From positions 1-32,931 of IMG/VR virus record IMGVR_UViG_3300029985_000111: a stretch of 32,931 nt of DNA; one strand, 5' to 3'. The position numbers and the translations under genes were made by a program. The stretch is from a virus (Duplodnaviria > Caudoviricetes). Position 1 is the stretch's first letter. Each line of letters starts with the position of its first letter. Positions 1 to 8,506 of the stretch are shown one piece after another. A model generated the notes under the pieces. That model had not been told where the DNA came from. It did not search any database and saw only the letters and a list, made by a program, of their open reading frames with translations.

Positions 1-275
1 TGATTACTGGATATCAAAAATTTTTTGGATTGAATCATCCTTCTTAACGCGGCGGCCATTTTTGCAGATTTTACTCGATCATTTTTATATATTTTGTATA
101 ACAATAAATGTGCGAAGAAATGTTCTTTAAGCGATAAGTATACTAAATTTTCAGGTATATCTTTTCCACCAAAACTTCTAGGGATTATATGATGATGTTC
201 GACGATAAAATTACTTATTTTCAGTTGATTAATTCGCGATTTAATTAATTGATTGTAAATTTTTTGATAATTCAT
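1..275 (-). CDS. HNH homing endonuclease (Mob-like), 3' end runs out of the window
   Basis: Not in the ORF track. Manual translation MNYQKIYNQLIKSRINQLKISNFIVEHHHIIPRSFGGKDIPENLVYLSLKEHFFAHLLLYKIY shows the HHIIP-x-S-x-GG...NLV-x-L...EH-x-x-AH pattern. AGGAG RBS at 281-285 and TAAATA at 295-300. Confidence 0.9.
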   Translation of the reverse strand, partial: MNYQKIYNQLIKSRINQLKISNFIVEHHHIIPRSFGGKDIPENLVYLSLKEHFFAHLLLYKIYKNDRVKSAKMAAALRRMIQSKKFLISSN

Positions 276-317
276 CCGCCCTCCTACTTAATTGTATTTA
301 GCCTCAATATCAAAAAA

Positions 318-704
318 TTATTTTTTTCTCCGTATTTTAACCTTATGATCAAGTGAATATTTATATTTTTTAAAATCAACTTCGATATCTAAATATCCAA
401 TATGTAATAATTCTGTTTTTTGACCTTTATAATGTTTTGCCAGAATTTTAAAGATCGGATTAATATCTGATTCCCATAATCTCTTGCCTTTTAAAATTGC
501 CAATTCTTTATAAAATTCCGATGACGATTTTGGCGTAATTTTTGTTACAGGCGTATTATAAATGGTTATAAACTTTCCATTCGGATCATCTATATAAAAT
601 CCATAATCAATCGGATAAGAATTAAAAATTCTTTTTCCGTTAGTTCTCTCTACAACGTCAACCATTTCCGTTTTTTTATCAAGCCGAGCAGATACGTAAC
701 CCAA
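318..704 (-). CDS. Family B DNA polymerase, N-terminal fragment only (ends just after the ExoI motif)
   Basis: VVER-x-NGKR, FY-x-DDPNGKF, LWESDINP and GYLDIEVDF resemble the N-terminus and ExoI motif of large-phage PolB enzymes. TTG start with AGGAG RBS; stops at 128 aa. Confidence 0.8.
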   Translation of the reverse strand: MGYVSARLDKKTEMVDVVERTNGKRIFNSYPIDYGFYIDDPNGKFITIYNTPVTKITPKSSSEFYKELAILKGKRLWESDINPIFKILAKHYKGQKTELLHIGYLDIEVDFKKYKYSLDHKVKIRRKK

Positions 705-737
705 TATTGAACTCCTATTTCACATCTAAATTATTAA

Positions 738-998
738 TTATTTTCTACCGATTGAGTCTAATAGACGTTCAAGATCCGATAACTCTTCTTCGTGATCTTT
801 AAAATTACCTTTTTGCGCGGTTGTAATTACCTTACGCAATAATTTAGCCGGAATTTCTAGTTCATCTGCGATAGCATTTACCGTATCCGATAATCCTTCT
901 CTAAGAGTTTGAATCTCGTCAAGACACTTAACACCTTCAAATACTAAATCTTTTAACTTTTGAACTTCTGATGGTCCATATGTTGCGGGTAAAGACAT
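738..998 (-). CDS. Small dsDNA-binding protein (T4 DsbA/GapR-like)
   Basis: All-helical 86 aa with pattern KLKDLV-x-EG...L-x-D-x-V-x-AIADELEIP-x-KLLRKVI. ATG at 998 follows a GAGGAG RBS and is preferred over the TTG at 1013. Confidence 0.6.
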   Translation of the reverse strand: MSLPATYGPSEVQKLKDLVFEGVKCLDEIQTLREGLSDTVNAIADELEIPAKLLRKVITTAQKGNFKDHEEELSDLERLLDSIGRK

Positions 999-1018
999 GT
1001 TAATTCTCCTCAAAATTA

Positions 1019-1048
1019 ATTATAACATGATTATAACTATTAAAGCAA
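1019..1048 (-). promoter_or_regulatory. Sigma70-like promoter for the DsbA-like/polymerase unit
   Basis: TTGCTT-N18-TATAAT with an extended -10 TG (TGtTATAAT), in the intergenic gap. Confidence 0.6.
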
Positions 1049-1624
1049 TTATTTATTTTGAACATTAATTCCCAATAATTTTTCCATTAAGGACGTATTT
1101 TTTGCCGTGCATTTTACAGCAATATATTTTCCGTGAATATAAACTTCGTAACACTTATCTAATGCCAGTGGCAAATTAGTTTTTTCAAATCCAAAATTAG
1201 AAACAAAATTTAAATCTTCCAATTCGAACCATATATTACCTGTCAAACCCACTTGCTCGAAAAAATCAGTAATTCCATTAGCATATGTAAAGTCAAATCC
1301 ATCAAAAGGAAAAATAATATATGGATTATCATAACCATAATATTTTGCGGTAGAATAAGAGGATGAACAAAATATACTATTTGATCGTAATGCCTTAAAT
1401 CCACTATTTTTTAAATTATCATCTATTTTACTTTGAATTCGTATATTCATATCAACTGGTTTTCTATTAGTCGGAGATTCACCTAAGATTATCGAATCAA
1501 TCCGTTTTATTCCACGAAAAAGATATTTATTAGCAAATCGATAATCTTCCATAATTTCTTTACAATTATTTTCTATAACAGAAATAAAATCTATTTCTGG
1601 TTCAATTATTTCATAAAGGCTCAT
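1049..1624 (-). CDS. ADP-ribosyltransferase-fold-like protein, paralog 1
   Basis: LFRG...ALRSNSIFCS...A-x-x-YG...IFP-x-x-GF...EVYIHG, shared with three nearby ORFs; R-S-E-like arrangement. Confidence 0.55.
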   Translation of the reverse strand: MSLYEIIEPEIDFISVIENNCKEIMEDYRFANKYLFRGIKRIDSIILGESPTNRKPVDMNIRIQSKIDDNLKNSGFKALRSNSIFCSSSYSTAKYYGYDNPYIIFPFDGFDFTYANGITDFFEQVGLTGNIWFELEDLNFVSNFGFEKTNLPLALDKCYEVYIHGKYIAVKCTAKNTSLMEKLLGINVQNK

Positions 1625-2202
1625 AAATTAATTCCCAAATGTTCGTAGAGCCAATAATCAGAAAAAGATTTCTTTTGTACAGCAATATATTTTCCGTGAA
1701 TATAAACTTCCACTCCATTACATAATCCAAACCCCAAATTAATATCTTTAAATCCAAAATTACGGATAAATTCTTTTGTCGACATATTTTGAATTTCAGC
1801 GGTATTCCATTCTATTTCTTCAGTTAGATCGTTATATTTACAATAGCTATAATCAAATCCATTAATAGGAAAAATTACGTACAAACTATTAGGAGTATAA
1901 CTATATGCACTCGCATGATTAATATTACTCGTGCAAAAAATACTATTTGATCGTAATGCATTAAATCCACAAGATTCTAATTTATCATCGATGACAAATG
2001 ACAAAAATTTAGGCGTGTCCACAGGAATTCTATTAACCGGAGATTCCCCGGTGAAATACGTATCCTGCCTTTTAATTCCTCGATATAAAATACTTTTATT
2101 TTCGATAAAAATCGATAAACTATCCGAACAATTCTTTTTAATAGTTTCAACTATTTTAATATCATGATCCATTAATGAATTATCAATTTCATTCAATCTC
2201 AT
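1621..2202 (-). CDS. ADP-ribosyltransferase-fold-like protein, paralog 2
   Basis: LYRG...ALRSNSIFCT...IFPINGF...EVYIHG; 33 bp identical to paralog 1 (1678-1710 vs 1115-1147). Confidence 0.55.
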   Translation of the reverse strand: MRLNEIDNSLMDHDIKIVETIKKNCSDSLSIFIENKSILYRGIKRQDTYFTGESPVNRIPVDTPKFLSFVIDDKLESCGFNALRSNSIFCTSNINHASAYSYTPNSLYVIFPINGFDYSYCKYNDLTEEIEWNTAEIQNMSTKEFIRNFGFKDINLGFGLCNGVEVYIHGKYIAVQKKSFSDYWLYEHLGINL

Positions 2203-2987
2203 TGGATTCTACCTGCACAAAATTTAACAATATTAATCTGACTTTTTCTTCCATATGCAAAAAATTCATCAGACGTCATCCATTTTGTTTTACTAACTTC
2301 ATAACCTGGTTTATCAAAATCTATTGGATCATTAACTTCGCCAATATAAATAACCATTTCACTTTTTTCTATATTTCCATGAATTTCCCCTTTCCATCCA
2401 ACCTTTACAGTTGACAAAATCAAATTTGATTGTTTAAGCCCACATTCTTCATTTGCTTCTCTTAATGCGGCAACTAGCCCCGATTCCCCTTTATCAATAT
2501 GACCTTTGGCAAGTTGAAATCTGCTTCCTCCATATGCAGAATCAGATGACATTACAAACATCATTCTAATAATACCATTATTATCTTTAAAATATGGAAT
2601 AAATCCAGCTTTTTTAGTCTGGTTATTCCATGCTTCTTCTAATTTTTGCAAAATTCTGCCTTTGCTATCACATTCTCTTGAACAAAATTTTTGACTTTTG
2701 GAATGAATATTTTTAAATGAAATTCCGCAGACTGGACATTTTTTATCTACTGCTTTAGAAGCATTTGTAAATTCATTATAATTTAATTCATCTTCTCTAA
2801 GAATTTCATTAGATGTAGAACTATCTTTCGAGCAGCCAACAAATTTTTTATTTAAGGGCGTTGGATATTTTTCCGGGGCCCCCAAAATTTGTCCCATTGA
2901 ATTTACTTTATCTGTTGGCCCCAAAACATTGGGTTCTCTAAATGGTTTATTAGAAACGAGTACTGATTTTTTATTTTTCTTTTTCAT
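2199..2987 (-). CDS. NUDIX hydrolase with N-terminal extension and Cys4 zinc-ribbon-like segment
   Basis: Nudix box GHIDKGESGLVAALREANEECGL; upstream CPVCG...FCSREC. Confidence 0.85.
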   Translation of the reverse strand: MKKKNKKSVLVSNKPFREPNVLGPTDKVNSMGQILGAPEKYPTPLNKKFVGCSKDSSTSNEILREDELNYNEFTNASKAVDKKCPVCGISFKNIHSKSQKFCSRECDSKGRILQKLEEAWNNQTKKAGFIPYFKDNNGIIRMMFVMSSDSAYGGSRFQLAKGHIDKGESGLVAALREANEECGLKQSNLILSTVKVGWKGEIHGNIEKSEMVIYIGEVNDPIDFDKPGYEVSKTKWMTSDEFFAYGRKSQINIVKFCAGRIQ

Positions 2988-2997
2988 ATGAAAACCC

Positions 2998-3186
2998 CTA
3001 TTTTACAACAGATTTTCTTTTCTTCCTATTTTTCTTAATAGGAGTATAGATTGAACTATTTGGATTTCCGCCAAAAAATTGCCCATCTTTTGGGCTATTA
3101 GAACCCAAAGGTGTATTTACGGTTGCAATAGAACCAGAACTTGTACCACATGATCCTTCTTCTCTAATTATTTCTTTTAATCTCAT
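2998..3186 (-). CDS. Small hypothetical protein, possible internal head protein
   Basis: 62 aa starting MRLKEIIREE, Gly/Ser-rich middle and basic tail; ATGA overlap with the upstream gene. Confidence 0.65.
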   Translation of the reverse strand: MRLKEIIREEGSCGTSSGSIATVNTPLGSNSPKDGQFFGGNPNSSIYTPIKKNRKKRKSVVK

Positions 3187-3851
3187 CCTAACACCTTTTT
3201 AGAAAATGCAGCATTATATGTTGCTGAATGCAATGCAATATATCTGCCTGTTATCCAAACATCTTTGCCATATTGCAAAGCTGGAATTAAATCAGTCTGA
3301 TTCATTTGGTTATCGTCAACAAATTGTTGTGACACTAGTTTAAGTTGACTTTTCGTTAACGGAAATTTAGCATTAATCAAATCAGACTCGTAATACTTTT
3401 TAATTTTTTCATAAAGTAAATCACTATAACGATAACTACCTGCAGAACATCCGGTATGATTTAATGAATAAGCAAATGAAAAACCATTAATTGGAAAAAT
3501 ATTATAAAGTACTCTTCCCCAACGTGCTGCCTCATATTTTGAACCACAAAAAATACTTGACCCACGTAATGCCTTAAATCCAGCCTCTTTCATTAATAAA
3601 TCACAAATTTTCCCAATAACTGGATTTGACCCCGAAACCACATTGCGTTGATCTCGATTCTGACCAAGAAAAGATTTTATTGGTTTAGAAACATTAACTC
3701 CGCGATATAACATAGTTCCGGCATCATGATAACTTTTCAAAGCATCTGAACAATTATTTTCAATTGTTTCCCACAATCCTTTAAAATTCCTTCGAAATGA
3801 TTCAGGATCATCTTGTTTTAATGGATGAGTTAGTATTTCCGATGCTTTCAT
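3183..3851 (-). CDS. ADP-ribosyltransferase-fold-like protein, paralog 3
   Basis: LYRG...GFKALRGSSIFCG...IFPINGFSF...DVWITG (Asp where the others have Glu). Confidence 0.5.
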   Translation of the reverse strand: MKASEILTHPLKQDDPESFRRNFKGLWETIENNCSDALKSYHDAGTMLYRGVNVSKPIKSFLGQNRDQRNVVSGSNPVIGKICDLLMKEAGFKALRGSSIFCGSKYEAARWGRVLYNIFPINGFSFAYSLNHTGCSAGSYRYSDLLYEKIKKYYESDLINAKFPLTKSQLKLVSQQFVDDNQMNQTDLIPALQYGKDVWITGRYIALHSATYNAAFSKKVLG

Positions 3852-4286
3852 TTACCTACCTTTAATTGTGCTTCTAAGAAACCAGGCATACTTTTCTTGG
3901 ATATCTATTAATCCCTGAACAAAATTTTGCAATCCGAGATGCTCATTTGACAATGCATTTACCGTTTCTAAAGTTTTTATTAAACGATCATTATCTAATA
4001 ACAATTCATGAATCATTTCTTGTGCGGGCAAAATCATCTGTTGAACCGGTAAAACTGATAATTCTAACAATCTAGTTGGATCTGAAGGTGCGAAAATATC
4101 CAAAGCACGTAATTCCTCGCCAATACCATCAAAACTATCTTCACCAGACTTATAAATTAATTCTAACAATTTATGAATTTCATAAAATCTTGGTCCAGTA
4201 ATATTAAAATGTGCAAGATGAACTTTTGCAGTCCAATGAAATTCTGTGCCGACAGCAATTTTTAACGCTTCTTCTAAATTTTTCAT
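3852..4286 (-). CDS. dps: Dps/ferritin-like protein
   Basis: HFNITGPRFYEIHKLLE-x-IY...D-x-IGEELRAL and C-terminal EK-x-AWFLRS match the Dps signature. Confidence 0.88.
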   Translation of the reverse strand: MKNLEEALKIAVGTEFHWTAKVHLAHFNITGPRFYEIHKLLELIYKSGEDSFDGIGEELRALDIFAPSDPTRLLELSVLPVQQMILPAQEMIHELLLDNDRLIKTLETVNALSNEHLGLQNFVQGLIDIQEKYAWFLRSTIKGR

Positions 4287-5242
4287 TTCACTCCTATTTT
4301 GAAAACTTCCATTAACATCTCTTCGTATACTTCTGATTTTACAGCTATATATTGACCGCTGATATAAATTTCATTTTCAGACTTAACAGCTTTCGATAAA
4401 TTAGTTTTTGAGAATTCATATTTATTACAAAAATTTTTTGCAATAATTTTTTTATTCAGTGTCAAAACTATTAATTTGTCAATAACAGATCGTAAATCTC
4501 TATATGTAGAATTTATATTTGAGTATTTTTTAACAAGTAAATCAGCTTGCTTTAATCTTATCTTCAAAATTTTTATATTTTTATCAATATTATTTAAAAC
4601 GGAAGTATAATCAAATCGGTCAGCGTTATAACATGCGTCAATTATTTCATCCTTAAGATCATTATCTTTTTTCGATGGAATATCAATAAAATCGACTAGA
4701 TGGGCCAATCGATTTAATTTAATACATAGCTTCTTAAAATAAATATTACTATCTAAAATATCATCATCTGTGGGTATCCAATCACTGTTATTACCCCACG
4801 TAAAAGAAAAACCATTGATAGGAAAAATAATATAAACCTCTCCATAACTTTCTGCTTGTTCATAATCACCTGTGCAAAAAATACTATTTGATCTCAAAGC
4901 AGTAAATCCACCAATTGTTAGCAAGGTATCTATATCTTTTTGAACAAAAATGTTGGTATCTGAAGGTTTTCTGTCCTTCCTAGGATTTCCCATAAAAACA
5001 TTTGATGAATTATATGTTCCCCGATATAAAAATTTATTTGCTTTTTTAATCGATTTAAGAAATTGACTACAATTAATTTTAATAAAATGACACATTTTAC
5101 GAAAAATTAATTGTTGACTTTTTGGCAAATCAAAATAATTCTCTGAAAATTTTTTGTTAATTTTAACCGGCAATTCTTTATTAACGAATGATGTAGATCC
5201 AACCATTTTACCGGGTTTTAATTGTTTATATTTTAGTGTCAT
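4283..5242 (-). CDS. ADP-ribosyltransferase-fold-like protein, paralog 4 (long helical insertion)
   Basis: LYRG...R-x-P-x-DT...GFTALRSNSIFCT...YG-x-VYIIFPINGFSF...EIYISG. Confidence 0.55.
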   Translation of the reverse strand: MTLKYKQLKPGKMVGSTSFVNKELPVKINKKFSENYFDLPKSQQLIFRKMCHFIKINCSQFLKSIKKANKFLYRGTYNSSNVFMGNPRKDRKPSDTNIFVQKDIDTLLTIGGFTALRSNSIFCTGDYEQAESYGEVYIIFPINGFSFTWGNNSDWIPTDDDILDSNIYFKKLCIKLNRLAHLVDFIDIPSKKDNDLKDEIIDACYNADRFDYTSVLNNIDKNIKILKIRLKQADLLVKKYSNINSTYRDLRSVIDKLIVLTLNKKIIAKNFCNKYEFSKTNLSKAVKSENEIYISGQYIAVKSEVYEEMLMEVFKIGVK

Positions 5243-5244
5243 TT

Positions 5245-5517
5245 TTACTCCTTACCGAATTTACCATGCATTTTTCCAGCGATCGATATTATTTTTTTAA
5301 ACAACATTAATTTCAAAGATTTATACGGAAAATCTTTATCGATGAAAATATAAAATGGTTTCCAAATATTATCTTTTATTTGCACGATAAATACTCCAAC
5401 CTCTCCATATCCCGCCAACGATGCAGAAAGTTTATAGGCTGAATATCCATCAAATGGTTTAACCAATTCGTGTGACCACATAATCTTCGAATTTTGCCTA
5501 ATTTCTGAAATTTTCAT
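5245..5517 (-). CDS. Hypothetical protein
   Basis: 90-aa ORF packed between neighbours (ATGA overlap), starts MKISEI. Confidence 0.6.
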   Translation of the reverse strand: MKISEIRQNSKIMWSHELVKPFDGYSAYKLSASLAGYGEVGVFIVQIKDNIWKPFYIFIDKDFPYKSLKLMLFKKIISIAGKMHGKFGKE

Positions 5518-6158
5518 GGCAAATCATTTTCATGTAATTCTTTAGGTTGTAAAAGTACACGATCGAGAATTTCTTTTATTTTATCAACTTTCATTGAACG
5601 AGGATACAATTCTCTAATTATTTGAGATCGTTCATTCTCATTACCATCTATATACATTTGACGTATTTTACTAGCAGATGAAATTTCCTGCCCCAAAATT
5701 TTATATTTAACTGACGGAACAATAACATAATAAGCATGTTTATCAAATGTTGATAATGGTGTTGCCGTACTAGGTAATTCTTGCAAATATGATAATGTTC
5801 CATCTTTTTTAATGGGATTTGATAATCTATCTTTATCTTTAGATGATAAACCAAAAATTAAAATTGTACTGGTTGGATCATAATTTCGAGTTATCTCAAT
5901 AGCTCTATAAGGATTACTCACTTCAACAAATTTATTGGGAGGAATTCCGGCTTGTGAAGCCAAAAATTGTTTTTCTTTAAAAGAAAATGGTCTTTCAGTT
6001 GTTTTATTTGAGCTAGCAGCGTATAAATCTGCTTCGGGAAATTTTTTCTTTAAATATTTCCAAACATACAAATGTCCAGGCGATAAAATATGAAATCCAC
6101 CAGGAAAAATACAAACCGTTTTATACTCTTTATCTTCAAATAATTGACTCAACAGCAT
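5514..6158 (-). CDS. HIGH-superfamily nucleotidyltransferase (cytidylyltransferase/adenylyltransferase-like)
   Basis: FPGGFHILSPGH, RPFSFKEK and ISSASKIR correspond to the HxGH and SxSxxR motifs. Confidence 0.75.
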   Translation of the reverse strand: MLLSQLFEDKEYKTVCIFPGGFHILSPGHLYVWKYLKKKFPEADLYAASSNKTTERPFSFKEKQFLASQAGIPPNKFVEVSNPYRAIEITRNYDPTSTILIFGLSSKDKDRLSNPIKKDGTLSYLQELPSTATPLSTFDKHAYYVIVPSVKYKILGQEISSASKIRQMYIDGNENERSQIIRELYPRSMKVDKIKEILDRVLLQPKELHENDLP

Positions 6159-6177
6159 GAAATAACCTCAATTATAT

Positions 6178-6693
6178 TTATCGATTTGGAAATATTTCAC
6201 CGAGCATTTTAAAAGTACGTTGATAATTGTCATTACTATGCAAAATTCCTATTCCACCAGCAGAATTCCATTTTGAGATATTAAAAGGCAAATCATCAAT
6301 CAAAATATTTCCATTACCCGCGTATTTTTCTTTATGACAAGAAAATATTGCATGAATATTGCTCAATCCATGCTTTTGCAACCAAATTTTTTTGCCTTTT
6401 ATGCAGGAAGATGTATTAGGAAATGAACATGGGCTAGATAAAATTTCAAATTGTAAATTATTTTCAAAAAGAAATTGTACTAACTTTTTACCATTAGATT
6501 CCCAATGTAAATTTTCAAAAAAATCTTTTAAATTTGCATTTTTTACAACATTAATCCAAAAGTCATTATCCCATTTTGCATCGGTGAATTGTTTAACCGA
6601 AATATTGTTGAATTCTGCCGCAGCTCGAGCGCAGTCACACAATACACCATCTAAATCAAGATAAATTTTTCGAGTTAATTCATCAATACGCAT
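6178..6693 (-). CDS. HAD-family 5'(3')-nucleotidase-like protein
   Basis: IYLDLDGVL (motif I), ILSSP, GKKIWL, ILIDD...NI-x-x-W...GGIGILH. Confidence 0.85.
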   Translation of the reverse strand: MRIDELTRKIYLDLDGVLCDCARAAAEFNNISVKQFTDAKWDNDFWINVVKNANLKDFFENLHWESNGKKLVQFLFENNLQFEILSSPCSFPNTSSCIKGKKIWLQKHGLSNIHAIFSCHKEKYAGNGNILIDDLPFNISKWNSAGGIGILHSNDNYQRTFKMLGEIFPNR

Positions 6694-6716
6694 ATCTATA
6701 TTTATTTCTTTTCCAT

Positions 6717-6749
6717 GAAAAAGACTGACAAAAATTGTCAGTCTTTTTC
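6717..6749. terminator. Bidirectional intrinsic terminator
   Basis: Perfect inverted repeat gaaaaagactgacaa-aaa-ttgtcagtctttttc giving a T-tract on both strands, in an intergenic gap. Confidence 0.85.
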
Positions 6750-6767
6750 CATTAATATAAATCGAAG

Positions 6768-6962
6768 TTATTCATCTATCATAGAAATTGATGTAATCAA
6801 CCTACTTGCGTCGAGACGAACATTGTTATCAGTATTACTAAAATCAGCAGTTCGAAATAAATCCGAAATAAATTTATCTCCGCATGTAGAAATTTCAGCT
6901 TCACCAACCTTACTTTTCAAAAATTTTTCTAAACTAAATCTTAACTCATTTTTACTAGGCAT
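6768..6962 (-). CDS. Small hypothetical protein
   Basis: 64 aa, AGGAG RBS at the end of the upstream gene, followed by the terminator. Confidence 0.65.
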   Translation of the reverse strand: MPSKNELRFSLEKFLKSKVGEAEISTCGDKFISDLFRTADFSNTDNNVRLDASRLITSISMIDE

Positions 6963-6964
6963 AA

Positions 6965-7864
6965 TTATTCTCCTATCTTAATTACATCGGTTTTGGATTT
7001 TTCATAAGCAGTTAATGATTCCAAATCTGGTTTTAATGCTAACATAGATGCCTTATCTTTAATTTCATCAGGTCTAACGGCCATTTTAGGTGTCAATTGT
7101 GGATTTGTTTCAATAGTTAAACCCATTGACCTATATAAATTTGTTGGATCACCCGGGAAAGTAAAAGTTCCATTATGATTCAATCGAATTGATGGATCGG
7201 CAAAAATTTCCCCACCAATTGCACGATATCGTGCACAAAATTCCCAATCTTCAGAAAGGTATTCATGTGTGTCTGGACTAATTGAACAATCAAACAATGC
7301 ATAGCAAAAAGGATTAAATTTTGGATCAAGACCTACATTATTAATAAATTTTGTATGAGGATAAGCTGCAATCATTTTATTGAACACTTCCCGTTTAATC
7401 ATCATAAAACCAGTACCTAATCGAGTTATTGGAACTAATCCATTTACTGTTTTAATTTGCCCTTTAGCATCCGCCTCGTTACTAACTTGCTCCGGTGAAA
7501 TATTTACTACAAAATCAATCGGAAGACTCTTTTTCGGATAGAGTCCACCAACAATATCTTTATCGTATAATAATAGTTTAAAAATATATTCTGGTTCAAA
7601 ACCAATATCGCTATCAATAAACATTAAATGAGTTGTTGTTTTATTCTCTAAAAATTTAGCAACAAGATGATTTCTTCCCCGAGGAATAAGAGATTCGTTT
7701 GTCATCTGATCAAACGATACAGGTAATCCAATTTTTTGAGCATACAACATAAATCGAAGAAGGGATGAGCAGGTGTCCGCGAACATCATGCCCGCGTAAC
7801 AAGGCATAGAAATTTGTAAATGCTGCTTCCTAAGAAAATCAGCCTGTTCTTGAGTTATATTCAT
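6965..7864 (-). CDS. GT-A fold glycosyltransferase-like protein
   Basis: PCYAG, NESLIPRGRN, THLMFIDSDIGF (DxD motif), GTGFMMIKR, YLSEDW-x-FC. Confidence 0.8.
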   Translation of the reverse strand: MNITQEQADFLRKQHLQISMPCYAGMMFADTCSSLLRFMLYAQKIGLPVSFDQMTNESLIPRGRNHLVAKFLENKTTTHLMFIDSDIGFEPEYIFKLLLYDKDIVGGLYPKKSLPIDFVVNISPEQVSNEADAKGQIKTVNGLVPITRLGTGFMMIKREVFNKMIAAYPHTKFINNVGLDPKFNPFCYALFDCSISPDTHEYLSEDWEFCARYRAIGGEIFADPSIRLNHNGTFTFPGDPTNLYRSMGLTIETNPQLTPKMAVRPDEIKDKASMLALKPDLESLTAYEKSKTDVIKIGE

Positions 7865-7891
7865 TATTTTTTCCTTATTTTAAAAACTTAT

Positions 7892-8323
7892 TTAAGCAAC
7901 TTTAATTGATTGTAAAATTCCATTTGATATATTTGAAATATTTGCTCTAATCCAGGAATATTGACCGACAATATTATAAATTTTATTTGTTTTAATAGTT
8001 CGTCCTGAATTTTGAACATTAACTACCGACATCGGATATATATAGGTCAATTGAATTGCAGATTCACCATTCATACCATTAATTAATGGTATCGCTGACC
8101 ACGGTCCTTGAAATGGATCTCTTGACAAGGTGGCTTCTATGATAACATTTCCCGAAAAATTTGATGTTTGAATTTGAATAGTTTGCTGGCCATTGGTCCT
8201 GGGTTGCAACCCAGGACCTTTAACTGGTTCTGTTATTACATTTGATTTACGGCGAGAATTACCGATTCCACCACTATAATCTAGACCCTCGATAATAACA
8301 CAACCAAAATCATTTTTTGACAT
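7892..8323 (-). CDS. Hypothetical beta-rich protein
   Basis: 143-aa ORF in the operon; GGAG RBS; no catalytic motif recognised. Confidence 0.7.
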   Translation of the reverse strand: MSKNDFGCVIIEGLDYSGGIGNSRRKSNVITEPVKGPGLQPRTNGQQTIQIQTSNFSGNVIIEATLSRDPFQGPWSAIPLINGMNGESAIQLTYIYPMSVVNVQNSGRTIKTNKIYNIVGQYSWIRANISNISNGILQSIKVA

Positions 8324-8499
8324 TACGCAATCTCCACAATCACCGAATTATTCGAAATAATTGCTTCCAATGTTTGAATCAAGGTTAATTTTTGTTCATT
8401 AGTTAATTCCAACATTTTTTCTGCTGTGGTAACATCGTCAAAATCTTTAATAATTGTCGATAATTCAAGTGTTACCTTGTTTGAAACCAATTTTGCCAT
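8323..8499 (-). CDS. Small hypothetical protein (58 aa)
   Basis: Below the track cut-off. MAKLVSNKVTLELSTIIKDFDDVTTAEKMLELTNEQKLTLIQTLEAIISNNSVIVEIA fills the gap exactly, with a GAGGAG RBS and TAATG overlap with the next gene. Confidence 0.75.
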   Translation of the reverse strand: MAKLVSNKVTLELSTIIKDFDDVTTAEKMLELTNEQKLTLIQTLEAIISNNSVIVEIA

Positions 8500-8506
8500 A
8501 AGTGAA

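Noticed and set aside
318-370. Canonical split intein at the polymerase C-terminus
   Set aside because: No Cys/Ser-initiated block A or TxxH block B, and the tail is only ~17 aa.
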